A DNA stretch of 63,969 bases, the filler included, from an uncultured Methanosarcinales archaeon (GTDB lineage: Archaea > Nanobdellota > Nanobdellia > Woesearchaeales > GW2011-AR9): assembly GCA_964434885.1 (NCBI GenBank). It is 5 parts of 5 records of this genome, joined end to end, with 100 filler letters (N's around TTAATTAATTAA, not from the genome) between each part and the next. Parts side by side here need not be neighbours in the genome. Positions count along the whole stretch, not along the records: positions 14,685 to 29,027 come from CAYSWQ010000020.1; positions 29,128 to 43,305 come from CAYSWQ010000021.1; 3 more parts are not named here. The stretch is one strand, 5' to 3'. This document shows positions 19,802-29,131 of the stretch, one piece after another. Under the pieces are notes generated by a model, which saw nothing but the letters and a program-made list of their open reading frames with translations, searched no databases and had not been told where the DNA came from. Positions within the stretch are counted from its first letter, which is position 1, and every line of letters begins with the position of its first letter. Both the position numbers and the translations under genes were made by a program.

Positions 19802-22396
19802 TCAACGCTTCCCCAACGCAATCTTTGCCTGAATCATTTCATGCATCCTTTTCAAGAATTCTTGCTTGTCTTCTAATTTTAATATTTCAGAATAACCGGC
19901 AATATTTAAATTAAAAGCAAATGGGCTCGGAACAGTAGTATAAATTTCTTCTAATTTTATTTTACCAGAACCAATCTTATCTAAAATAGTTTGAGTGTGT
20001 TCAAAATCCATTAAGTCTTCCAAAACTTCCCGTCTGGCTTCTTTCAAGATTGGAAAATCATCAGAAATACGTCGACAAGCATTCATCAAAATTTTACTCG
20101 AAACTTGTTGTCTACCAACCCTTTTCTTCCTTCCTTTATATTGTCGTAAAATCATTAAAGACCGACCAGCACAATGTCTAAACCTACGACTTAAAATTTC
20201 ACTCTTTTCAATTGCCTGTTCCGCAATACGACGTAACTCTTTTGGCTCTAAAGCTTTCAATGCTTTAATCACATTAACTTGTTTATCAGAACTCAAATAA
20301 AACCCATTATCAGTTATTCCTATTTCTACATCTCGATGCTGCAATCTACCAATAGCAAAAGCCAACACTCGAGAAAAACAATCATTAACTCGCCGACCAA
20401 ACAAAGTATGAAAAATAATATATTTCCTATCTTTATCAGTAAAATGTTCTATAATAATTTTTTTATCTGAAGGGATTCCTGCAAAATCAAATTGATCTTT
20501 ACAATAATGGTAAATCTGGTCTGCTGTTTTTTTATCAATATATAAATATTCAATAATAAAATCTAAAATCTCTTTTTTGTTTAATTTTTTCTTAAATTTT
20601 CCAGAAATCAAACTTCTAAATCTACTAATACTCATTGCCAAATCAAAACTCAAAGGTAACATTTCTGAAAACCAAGCCGGTACATTTGGTGGTCTAACAG
20701 GAGAAGCATTTACTTGCATAGTCATTCCTCTTGAATATTTAAATTCATAAACCTCTCCTCCTAAAACAAAGACATCTTTTGATTTTAACTTCTCCAAAAA
20801 ACCTTCATCAATCTTACCTACAACTTGATCTCCGATTTTAACTGAAATATAACTTTCATCTGGAATGGTTCCAATATTGGTCATGTAAATAACTCTTGCT
20901 AATTTGCCTCTTTTACCTAATAAACCAGTTTTTTTATCCCAAAAAATTTTAGCATAAACATAACGATCTTCTAAAGAATTATACTCTCCTGCCAAAAATT
21001 TTATCACTTCTTCATAATCTTTCCATTCTAACTCTTGATAACAATAACTTTGTTTAATTAAATTAAATAAATCATTAATTTGCATCCTATCCTGGATTAA
21101 AATACCATAAATTTGCTGTGACAACACATCTAATGCATTTTTAGGAATATCAATTCGATCAATTTTTCTTTCCTTAGCAGCTTTTAATAAAGCACTACAC
21201 TCCACTAAATCATCTCTATCCATTACAATCATTCTGGCTTTTACCTTACTATGTAATTGATGACCTGCTCTCCCTGCCCTTTGTAAAAATCTCGCTACGG
21301 ATTTAGGGGAACCTAAACAAATAACCAAATCAATATATCCAATATCAATTCCTAATTCTAAACTAGTAGAACTAACAATACATTTTAATGCCCCTTTTCG
21401 TAATTTTTCTTCAGTTTCAAATCTCAACTCTTTACTTAAACTACCATGATGAGCTGCAATATTGTTTTCATATTTTCCATAATCTTCTTTCAAATTATGA
21501 ACAACTCTTTCTGTTCCTGCTCTAGTATTGGTAAAAATTAATGTTGTCTTATGATCTTGAATTAAATTATGAATTAATTTATACATTGCTTTATGTTTTA
21601 ACATGTAATCAACTTGAACTAAATCTTTTACAGGGCTAATTACTTTTAAATCCATTTCTTTCAAGAATTGCACATCAATAATTCCTACATTTCTAAGTTT
21701 CCATTTCCCATCTTTTTTCCCATAACCCACTAAGTACTTAGCAATCTCTTCTAATGGTGCTACTGTGGCTGATAAACCAACCCTACACATTCCTGGGCTA
21801 TTTTGATGCAACCTTTCTATTGAAATTGATAAATCAACTCCCCTTTTATTTTCCGCCATAGAATGAATTTCATCCAAGATACACCATTGTACATCTTTCA
21901 AATAATTAGAAAATTTAATTGAAGTTAACATTATCCCTAAACTTTCTGGAGTTGTAATTAGAATATGGGGTGGCTTTTGTAACATCTTTGTTTTCTCTGC
22001 AGGCGTAGTATCTCCAGTTCTAACTGCTACTCTAATTCCTAATTTCTTTCCAGCAATTTCTTCGATTTCTTTAAGAGGTTGTTTAAGATTAACAAAAATA
22101 TCATTACCTAATGCTTTTAACGGAGAAACATAAACTGCATAAGTTTTATCTTCCAATATTCCTTTTTCTGCTGAGTCAATTAATTCATTTAGAATAGACA
22201 TAAAACCAGTTAGTGTTTTAGTTGCCCCAGTAGGAGCTGAAATCAAAGTATTTTTTCTTTTATGAATTTCCATCACTCCAAATAATTGTGGTAATGAAAA
22301 AGATTTAAATTTAGAAAAAAACCACTGACTAATTAAAGGATGTAAAATCTTCTTTAATTGTTCAGGTTTACAAGGTTCTTTTATGTATTTCAACAT
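19802..22396 (-). CDS. lhr: Lhr-family SF2 helicase
   Basis: APTGATKT, SPLKAL, TTPESL, DEIH, SAT, HHGSLS, LELGIDIG, QRAGRAGH. Confidence 0.93.
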   Translation of the reverse strand: MLKYIKEPCKPEQLKKILHPLISQWFFSKFKSFSLPQLFGVMEIHKRKNTLISAPTGATKTLTGFMSILNELIDSAEKGILEDKTYAVYVSPLKALGNDIFVNLKQPLKEIEEIAGKKLGIRVAVRTGDTTPAEKTKMLQKPPHILITTPESLGIMLTSIKFSNYLKDVQWCILDEIHSMAENKRGVDLSISIERLHQNSPGMCRVGLSATVAPLEEIAKYLVGYGKKDGKWKLRNVGIIDVQFLKEMDLKVISPVKDLVQVDYMLKHKAMYKLIHNLIQDHKTTLIFTNTRAGTERVVHNLKEDYGKYENNIAAHHGSLSKELRFETEEKLRKGALKCIVSSTSLELGIDIGYIDLVICLGSPKSVARFLQRAGRAGHQLHSKVKARMIVMDRDDLVECSALLKAAKERKIDRIDIPKNALDVLSQQIYGILIQDRMQINDLFNLIKQSYCYQELEWKDYEEVIKFLAGEYNSLEDRYVYAKIFWDKKTGLLGKRGKLARVIYMTNIGTIPDESYISVKIGDQVVGKIDEGFLEKLKSKDVFVLGGEVYEFKYSRGMTMQVNASPVRPPNVPAWFSEMLPLSFDLAMSISRFRSLISGKFKKKLNKKEILDFIIEYLYIDKKTADQIYHYCKDQFDFAGIPSDKKIIIEHFTDKDRKYIIFHTLFGRRVNDCFSRVLAFAIGRLQHRDVEIGITDNGFYLSSDKQVNVIKALKALEPKELRRIAEQAIEKSEILSRRFRHCAGRSLMILRQYKGRKKRVGRQQVSSKILMNACRRISDDFPILKEARREVLEDLMDFEHTQTILDKIGSGKIKLEEIYTTVPSPFAFNLNIAGYSEILKLEDKQEFLKRMHEMIQAKIALGKR

Positions 22397-22477
22397 ATGT
22401 ATTCCAGTATAGACTTCTTTTAAATATTTGTTGGAAGTAACAGTAAATTTTATAATCTTACTAAACTTTCAAATATT

Positions 22478-22795
22478 ATGAATGTCTTGTTTGTATGTAA
22501 TCAAAATCAAAACCGTAGTAAAACGGCAGAGGAAATTTTTAAATGTAAATTTAAAACCAAATCTGCAGGTTTATACAATCAAAAACCAATCAATACTAAA
22601 CAAGTGTCTTGGGCAGACACAATCATTGTTATGGAAGATGAACAACGTACTGAAATATCAAAAAGGTTTCCAAAATTATATCTCCAAAAACGTGTCCTCT
22701 CTTTAAACATTCCTGATGTTTACAACTACAATAATTCTGAATTAATTGAAAGTTTAAAATCCAAAATGAAGGAATATGAAGATATCTTAGTTTAA
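22478..22795 (+). CDS. Low-molecular-weight protein-tyrosine phosphatase-like protein
   Basis: VLFVCNQNQNRS (CX5R), SAG, WADTIIVME, LNIPD. Confidence 0.88.
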   Translation: MNVLFVCNQNQNRSKTAEEIFKCKFKTKSAGLYNQKPINTKQVSWADTIIVMEDEQRTEISKRFPKLYLQKRVLSLNIPDVYNYNNSELIESLKSKMKEYEDILV

Positions 22796-22969
22796 CCATT
22801 CTTCAAATTGTTTTTTTGCCTCCTCTTTTGTATCAAATATTCTTGTCTCTGCTACAGACATCTCAGTTAACCTTCTTGTTACTTTAAATTTAATACCAAA
22901 TTCATCTTGAATTTTCATAATTGAAACTTCCCATTTTTTTATTAAATGTTTTTTATCTATTTTAACATT
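22787..22969 (-). CDS. Microprotein, paralogue B (start uncertain; first in-frame ATG at 22918)
   Basis: ...KKWEVSIMKIQDEFGIKFKVTRRLTEMSVAETRIFDTKEEAKKQFEEWLN*; aligns with 22962-23129; absent from ORF track. Confidence 0.65.
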   Translation of the reverse strand, partial: NVKIDKKHLIKKWEVSIMKIQDEFGIKFKVTRRLTEMSVAETRIFDTKEEAKKQFEEWLN

Positions 22970-23129
22970 TCAACCATTCTTCAAATTGATCCATAGCAGC
23001 TTCTTTAGTATAAAAAAACTTGTCAACAGCAAACAAACCAGCAATTCTACCTGTAACTTTATACTTTGTTTGATGTCCTTCTTGAATCCCAATTAATGAC
23101 ACTTGCCAATTTAAAATTGTTTTTTGCAT
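22962..23129 (-). CDS. Microprotein, paralogue A (55 aa)
   Basis: MQKTILNWQVSLIGIQEGHQTKYKVTGRIAGLFAVDKFFYTKEAAMDQFEEWLKC*; TATATAAA about 22 nt upstream; absent from ORF track. Confidence 0.7.
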   Translation of the reverse strand: MQKTILNWQVSLIGIQEGHQTKYKVTGRIAGLFAVDKFFYTKEAAMDQFEEWLKC

Positions 23130-23153
23130 ACTTATCTCAAGAAAGAACTTGTT

Positions 23154-23190
23154 TATATACTCTATCTGTACTTGTCCACTTGTCCACTAC
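23154..23190 (-). promoter_or_regulatory. Shared promoter element, copy 2
   Basis: GTAGTGGACAAGTGGACAAGTACAGATAGAGTATATA; 32/37 identical to 11879-11915. Confidence 0.7.
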
Positions 23191-23294
23191 AAAATAAAAG
23201 AAGCCCAAAATAGTTTTCTTTTCAAATATACAACAAAAAATAAACCTTAATCACTAGACAAAAATAATAGTTAATTGTGTCTAATTAATTCCTC

Positions 23295-25418
23295 CTACCT
23301 TCGACATTTATATTGAATTATCACATCATTGGCTTCAGTTTGCAACCTATCAAAACTTAAAAATGGTTTGTAAGTTAAATTTGGTACCATCTTTGCTAAC
23401 CTTCCCATTCTTAAAGCGAATGAACCTTCTTGAAATATAGGAAAATAAACCATCACATTATCTTCGCCATCTAAAATTTTTCTTATTTCTACCATACTCT
23501 GGTCATGATCTGTATCTAAGTCCCCATCAGTAACAATAATTTCTACTGTTTTTCCTGGAACACATCTCTCATGAGCTTCTTGATATGCGTCTAAATCATG
23601 ATATGTTGCCCCTTTTTCTGGATTTAACAACACTTGTTTAGCTGAATTATTAGGTGTATGGTAAAAATCCTGTAATTCTACTGGCTCAGAAACTCTCGTT
23701 TGTCCTAAGTCACTATAACTAACTGCCACCACTTGAACTTCTTTATCCATTTTACTAGCTGCTTCTGTAGTTGATTTTGCTACACCATAAATTACATGCA
23801 TCAAACTATCATATCTATCTTTAGTTCCAATATAAGAATCAGTATAGGTCATTGAACCAGAACCATCAACTCTGAAAATAATATTATCAGGTAAAATTAT
23901 TCCTGTTTTCTTATATTCATAATCTATTATTGGTTGTTCCTCCCATTCATAAATATCATATCTCCATTGATGTTCTGACAATCTCATTAAACACATTAAT
24001 CCTGTTTCTTGTTGAAATTGAATTATTTGATCCATTGGTAAATTGTGTAGTTGATCTGGTGTTAGTAAAATCTCACTAACTTTTCTAGGAGTTCTAATTT
24101 TCCCAACTTCTTTTGTTTCAGCTTCAATAGTTGGTGATTTAATTGGCAAAGCTCTAGCTTTTCTTTTGTAATATTCATCTTTAGCCAAATTAGATAATCT
24201 TTTATTTCGATTTGTATTTGGTTGACTTTGATCATTAGCTATACTTTCCAACATTTCATCAACATCTCCATCATCTTGATTAATTAAACTCTGTAATAAT
24301 TCTTCGGCAGCTCCCCCTTGTTGTGAAGGGTCAGTTTGTTCATTTCCTTCTCCTTCTTCCCCTTCTGAATTAGCTCCATCTCTTCTTTCTTCCTTTTCTG
24401 TATCAATATACTTTGCTAAAGGTTCAATTATTCCTTCAATAGAACGATATCTTAATTCTGCTTGGGTATTAATTGTTGTTATTCCTTCTACTAAATATCT
24501 TCTGGCTTCACTTCCTCGAATATTATCTCTCTCTTTATATAACATTGAAGCTGCTTCCAAAAACCTAGTTCTATCTATTCCTATTTTCTTAAGTTCAAAT
24601 GGATCAATATATTTTACCGTACCAGAAAAAGAATCTACTACATTTTGTTCTAAATCAACATCAGAAATTCCAGTTAATTTTCCCCTAAAATAAGAGAAAA
24701 CATCATTTCTCAAATTTTCATCATCACAATGAACCAACCCATACATTATTCTAGTAACTGGGTAAAAAAAAGTTTCCGGATTATGGTCTGCCAGCTCCAC
24801 TATATCCCAAGTGGTTACTATTCCATCTGGCAAAGATTCAATTGGATATCCACTAAGTTGTTGATTTTGTCTTAATATTTCTCTTTTTAATTTAGTATCA
24901 TAAGTTCCCCCATTTTGAGAAAAATGGGTAAAGAAGGTATCTATTAAAAAATCCCACATTGCATTTCTTACATTTCCTGCTTTATTAACTAAATCTCTTG
25001 ATGATAAATGAGGTTCAGCTCTTTTAATTCCATCTTTTAATGCCACATCAAATTTCTCTCGATCTACTTTACTTTTAGGACAATAAACTGGATGAAACAA
25101 TTCATGAAATAAAAGATAAGTAAAAGTATCTTGTACTAATTGTTGTGCCAATTCTTGATCATTATCAACTTCAAAACCATAAGCATTTTTAAATAAAGGA
25201 ACTACAACTTCTTCAAATTTATCTAACACATATTCTGGCTTATATACATGAGCCATTATCTTTTGTTGATCTGTTGCAAACATCCAATGTCTTTTATGTT
25301 GTGGATTAGGTTCAACCTGCTCCACTGGCATATCTGCAAATAATGGTTGCTGAGAAAAAACAATATTCCTCCAAATAGATTCAGCCTTAACTAATTCATC
25401 TAACAGAGGAATTACCAT
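23295..25418 (-). CDS. HExxH metallopeptidase-like domain + acidic linker + vWA domain protein
   Basis: LLFHELFHP; SEGEEGEGNEQ linker; MIDAS VDGSGSM, GAT, IVTDGD. Confidence 0.8.
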   Translation of the reverse strand: MVIPLLDELVKAESIWRNIVFSQQPLFADMPVEQVEPNPQHKRHWMFATDQQKIMAHVYKPEYVLDKFEEVVVPLFKNAYGFEVDNDQELAQQLVQDTFTYLLFHELFHPVYCPKSKVDREKFDVALKDGIKRAEPHLSSRDLVNKAGNVRNAMWDFLIDTFFTHFSQNGGTYDTKLKREILRQNQQLSGYPIESLPDGIVTTWDIVELADHNPETFFYPVTRIMYGLVHCDDENLRNDVFSYFRGKLTGISDVDLEQNVVDSFSGTVKYIDPFELKKIGIDRTRFLEAASMLYKERDNIRGSEARRYLVEGITTINTQAELRYRSIEGIIEPLAKYIDTEKEERRDGANSEGEEGEGNEQTDPSQQGGAAEELLQSLINQDDGDVDEMLESIANDQSQPNTNRNKRLSNLAKDEYYKRKARALPIKSPTIEAETKEVGKIRTPRKVSEILLTPDQLHNLPMDQIIQFQQETGLMCLMRLSEHQWRYDIYEWEEQPIIDYEYKKTGIILPDNIIFRVDGSGSMTYTDSYIGTKDRYDSLMHVIYGVAKSTTEAASKMDKEVQVVAVSYSDLGQTRVSEPVELQDFYHTPNNSAKQVLLNPEKGATYHDLDAYQEAHERCVPGKTVEIIVTDGDLDTDHDQSMVEIRKILDGEDNVMVYFPIFQEGSFALRMGRLAKMVPNLTYKPFLSFDRLQTEANDVIIQYKCRR

Positions 25419-25420
25419 TT

Positions 25421-27358
25421 CTAAATCCCAAACACTCTTTCTACTCTGGGTAAAGTATAGTTAGTTTTTACTTCATTTCTAGCTTGTCTAACCACTCTTG
25501 CTAAGGCCTCATATCTAGGTGTTACTTTATTACTATTGCCTATTTGTTCAAAAGCAGTTGCAATGTTTCTTCGATACTGATGTACAAATCCAGCTAGTGA
25601 AGAGATATCACTATTTATTCTGGCCACCAACAATTTTTTAGTATCACTACCATCATCTAAACCTCTCAACACAGCTCCAGCTCGATTCAATTCATTGATC
25701 ATTTTTGTAGCATATTGATCTGCACTCAACCCAATGTCTTCTTTTACTGCATTAACTGCAACATACGAACATAAATACCTAATACTCTGATCAGGATCAG
25801 TTAAGTCAAACTTTTTTTCTTTTCCATAAATTTTTGAACTAAATGTTTCTAATAAACTAACATAATCAGTAAAAGCTTGGTTAATCAAACTAACTGGAGA
25901 TGTTCCATTTTTGGTTTTTACTTTATCATTTAGTACAATGCTATAAGCTGAAGCAATATCTCTTACAGTTAAAGGAGTATGCAAATCTCTAAATTCATCA
26001 AGAGTTGATGTTCCTTGTTCTTGTGCGATTGCATAAGCCTGTTTATATCTAGAAATCAAAGCTAAAGCATCGGCAATTTTGGTTGCTTTAGTTTTATCTC
26101 TTTCAATTAAACATTCACTAAATGCTCCCCTAACATTTTCAATTCTTATTACTAATTGTGACTTGGTATCAATTCCTGTATTGTAACAAAAATTAACTCC
26201 ATATTGTTTAAGACTTTCTGTCCATTGCTGAGCAATTTCAATTTCTTCTGCAAAATTATCTTCCAGATTACTTCCTCCTGTCAACATAATAATATGGTCT
26301 GCTCCTTCTGCCGCTGATCTTAAATACATATTCCTTGTATTTGCTGGGTCAAAACTAATGGCATGGATATTAAGATATTCATTATTTGCTCTAGTTATCT
26401 CTTCTGCCTCAGAACTTTGTGGTTGTAATAACCTTCTCACTATACCAGAACCAATATTCAAATATCTAGCTAATCTCTCTGTAAAACCATCCATGAATCT
26501 TTCATGGTGGTGATTAGCATGTCCAGTCATGTTTATTGTTGCCGCTCCTGATTGTAATGCCATATTAGGATAATTGATTCTTACTTGTCTATTTCCTACT
26601 GCCCCATCAGTTCGTCTAGTTCCAGAATATTCTGCATCTGGTGGGTTTTGTGCTCCAAACACTGCCACTGGTTTAATTTTATCTTCCTCAAAAAAGACTT
26701 CTACTCTTCCATTAACTATTTTCAGTTGAGGTATCAAAGGACCCAAATAAGATCTTTCTCCAGTTGCTAAACTAACTTCATGATCTAACAAACCAATAAT
26801 TGCTCCAGTATCTCCTCTATTTTCTTCATCTAAACCTAAAGCACAAATTTGTCTAGCTGCATCCCGGTTAATACTTAATTCTAATACTCCTTCATTTGGG
26901 TCAACTCTTCCTTTAATATATGGCTGCAATACGTTAGCCATATTTGGATTCAATCTTAACATTTTTCTATTGTCATTCGGCAATAAAGCTTTCATAATAT
27001 TATCTAAAGTGTAAGTTTTTCCTGTTCCAGTAATTCCTTCAGTTAAAATTGGAATAGAATTGCTAGCTATTGAAGCAAACACCAAATCTGCATAATCAAT
27101 ATCTGTGGCTCCCTCTGTAGGAACTAATCCTCGACCTTCTAAAAATCTAAATTCCAAAGAACTTGCATCTTGATCATAAACAATCCGATATAAAGGTGTT
27201 GGGGTTACTCTTGAACCTAATGTCTCTGAAGCTGCTTCAATCGTTGCCAAAAAAGTCGCTTGATGCAATTTCTCTTTAATTTCCTTTTCATCACAACCTT
27301 GTTTAGCTAATTCATTAGCAATAAATTCCAAAGTTTTTGTTTCTGTATTATTTATCAT
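25421..27358 (-). CDS. MoxR-like AAA+ ATPase with long helical C-terminus
   Basis: Walker A GITGTGKT, Walker B LGLDEENR, GAQNPP..YSGT, Arg finger GNR. Confidence 0.85.
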   Translation of the reverse strand: MINNTETKTLEFIANELAKQGCDEKEIKEKLHQATFLATIEAASETLGSRVTPTPLYRIVYDQDASSLEFRFLEGRGLVPTEGATDIDYADLVFASIASNSIPILTEGITGTGKTYTLDNIMKALLPNDNRKMLRLNPNMANVLQPYIKGRVDPNEGVLELSINRDAARQICALGLDEENRGDTGAIIGLLDHEVSLATGERSYLGPLIPQLKIVNGRVEVFFEEDKIKPVAVFGAQNPPDAEYSGTRRTDGAVGNRQVRINYPNMALQSGAATINMTGHANHHHERFMDGFTERLARYLNIGSGIVRRLLQPQSSEAEEITRANNEYLNIHAISFDPANTRNMYLRSAAEGADHIIMLTGGSNLEDNFAEEIEIAQQWTESLKQYGVNFCYNTGIDTKSQLVIRIENVRGAFSECLIERDKTKATKIADALALISRYKQAYAIAQEQGTSTLDEFRDLHTPLTVRDIASAYSIVLNDKVKTKNGTSPVSLINQAFTDYVSLLETFSSKIYGKEKKFDLTDPDQSIRYLCSYVAVNAVKEDIGLSADQYATKMINELNRAGAVLRGLDDGSDTKKLLVARINSDISSLAGFVHQYRRNIATAFEQIGNSNKVTPRYEALARVVRQARNEVKTNYTLPRVERVFGI

Positions 27359-27371
27359 TTTAACTCCATAT

Positions 27372-28232
27372 TTATATTTTAGTTAATTCATCTCTAAATT
27401 CAGCCAATCGGTCGATATATTGCTTTAACCCTCTAATTTGATGTTTTTTTCCAATTCTAATCAAATCAGCTACTGGAATAATAGTTGGTTCTTTTGTCAA
27501 ATTTTCAATATCTCTATCTCTACTTATTGTATAAGTACGATTAGTAGTCTCAAATGGACCATATTTATTTATTTGAGCTTCATCAAAAAATAAACCAATT
27601 TGTTGTCTTTCTTCTGGAGGTAAAGTCAACAATAACAAATGGTAATTACCTACTCCTCCTTGTCCTGCTACTCGATAACTCCCTTCCATTTGTTTCAATG
27701 TTCCAATTGCCGGCAAATATCTATCGATACCATAATCTTTAATGTTAATTAATCGAGTTTCATCTCCACTATTTCCAAGCAATTCTTCAAATTCTTCTAA
27801 AAAATAATCAACAGTATCAGAATCAAATAAACCAGATAATCCTTTTCTAAAACCTTGAAAAGTAATCTCTTGACTTAATTGTAAAGTTCCATGCAAACCA
27901 GCAAATTGATATGAGCTTTCTTCTACTTGGAGGTATTTTAAATCAGTCAAATGAAATAACTCTGCCCCCATATTTTCCACTGCTTTACTTCCATCTTCAC
28001 CATTTAATATACTAGCTCCATAAATCATAGAGTCTTCTGAAAAAATATTATTCAAGTAATCCAATAATGTTTTATTCAAAAAACTCATATCTACTTCTGG
28101 AAATCCATTAGCAGTACTTGTTGTTTGAGTAGCAGATTCAGTTTGTGGAGACTCTGTAACTACCTCATCTAAAGAACCTTCTTCAAGTTCTAATTCTCCA
28201 CCTTGTATAATTCTATTGTTATCGTCTGTCAT
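27372..28232 (-). CDS. Hypothetical protein, AAA-vWA operon paralogue 1
   Basis: 286 aa; homologous to 28234-29027 (MSFLNK, DSxDYFxEEF, RYLP, IGKKHxIxGL..Y.D.L..FR). Confidence 0.8.
   Translation of the reverse strand: MTDDNNRIIQGGELELEEGSLDEVVTESPQTESATQTTSTANGFPEVDMSFLNKTLLDYLNNIFSEDSMIYGASILNGEDGSKAVENMGAELFHLTDLKYLQVEESSYQFAGLHGTLQLSQEITFQGFRKGLSGLFDSDTVDYFLEEFEELLGNSGDETRLINIKDYGIDRYLPAIGTLKQMEGSYRVAGQGGVGNYHLLLLTLPPEERQQIGLFFDEAQINKYGPFETTNRTYTISRDRDIENLTKEPTIIPVADLIRIGKKHQIRGLKQYIDRLAEFRDELTKI
28072..28126. repeat. 55-bp exact repeat, copy 1
   Basis: Identical to 28973-29027. Confidence 0.9.
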
Positions 28233-28233
28233 T

Positions 28234-29027
28234 TTAATCCCTCGGTATCATGGCTAAATCTTCTCGAAATTGTTCTAATTTGTCTGCATAACTAGCCAAT
28301 CCTGAAATTCTGTGTTTTTTACCTATATTTACTAATTCTGAAAATCCCACAATTTGTGGTCTAGAAACAATTCTTGCAATATCTTCACTATCTAATGCAT
28401 ATTCTTTCACTTCAACCCATCCCATCTTATTTGTAGGTTGAAAATCCACATCAAATGGGGCTTGTTTATTTTTATACACTTCATTCCAAAATAAAGAGAT
28501 ATATTTACGATCTTCTGGTTCAAGTGATAATAATAACAAATTTGGGTCTCGTCTCACTATTCTTCTTCCTTCTATATTTTTAATTTCACCCATAAATGGT
28601 AGATATCTATTTAATTCTGGATTACTTAACTCTATTGTTCCGGTCTCATCAGTAATCCCTAATCGATCTCCAAACTCTTCCATAAAATAATCAACACTGT
28701 CTTTTCCAACTAAAGATTGTATTCCTTTTTTCAAGACATCTACAGAAATTTCATCACTTAATTTTAAATTAGCTTGCAAATAATAAACTCCTTGTGATTC
28801 TACATATTTTAACTCATCCATCGTAAAAAAAGCATTTCCCAACATTTCTAACATTCCAACGTACCCAGCTAATAATTTCGAAGTTACATTAATTTCCCCC
28901 TCTTCCTTACCATCAAAAATAGTAATACCTTCATCCTTATTAGTAATATTTTGAAGATATATTAATACTGACTTATTCAAAAAACTCATATCTACTTCTG
29001 GAAATCCATTAGCAGTACTTGTTGTTT
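28234..29027 (-). CDS. Hypothetical protein, AAA-vWA operon paralogue 2 (5' truncated)
   Basis: Frame continues upstream of 28989 as TTSTANGFPEVD, identical to paralogue 1, up to the gap. Confidence 0.8.
28973..29027. repeat. 55-bp exact repeat, copy 2, at contig end
   Basis: Identical to 28072-28126. Confidence 0.9.
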
Positions 29028-29127
29028 NNNNNNNNNNNNNNNNNNNNNNNNNNNNNNNNNNNNNNNNNNNNTTAATTAATTAANNNNNNNNNNNNNNNNN
29101 NNNNNNNNNNNNNNNNNNNNNNNNNNN
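29028..29127. other. Artificial contig spacer
   Basis: N44-TTAATTAATTAA-N44. Confidence 0.98.
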
Positions 29128-29131
29128 AAGA

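Noticed and set aside
11896..23190. CTTGTCCACTAC repeats as a CRISPR remnant
   Set aside because: Only two dispersed copies, no repeat-spacer periodicity and no cas genes; no CRISPR array seen in the window
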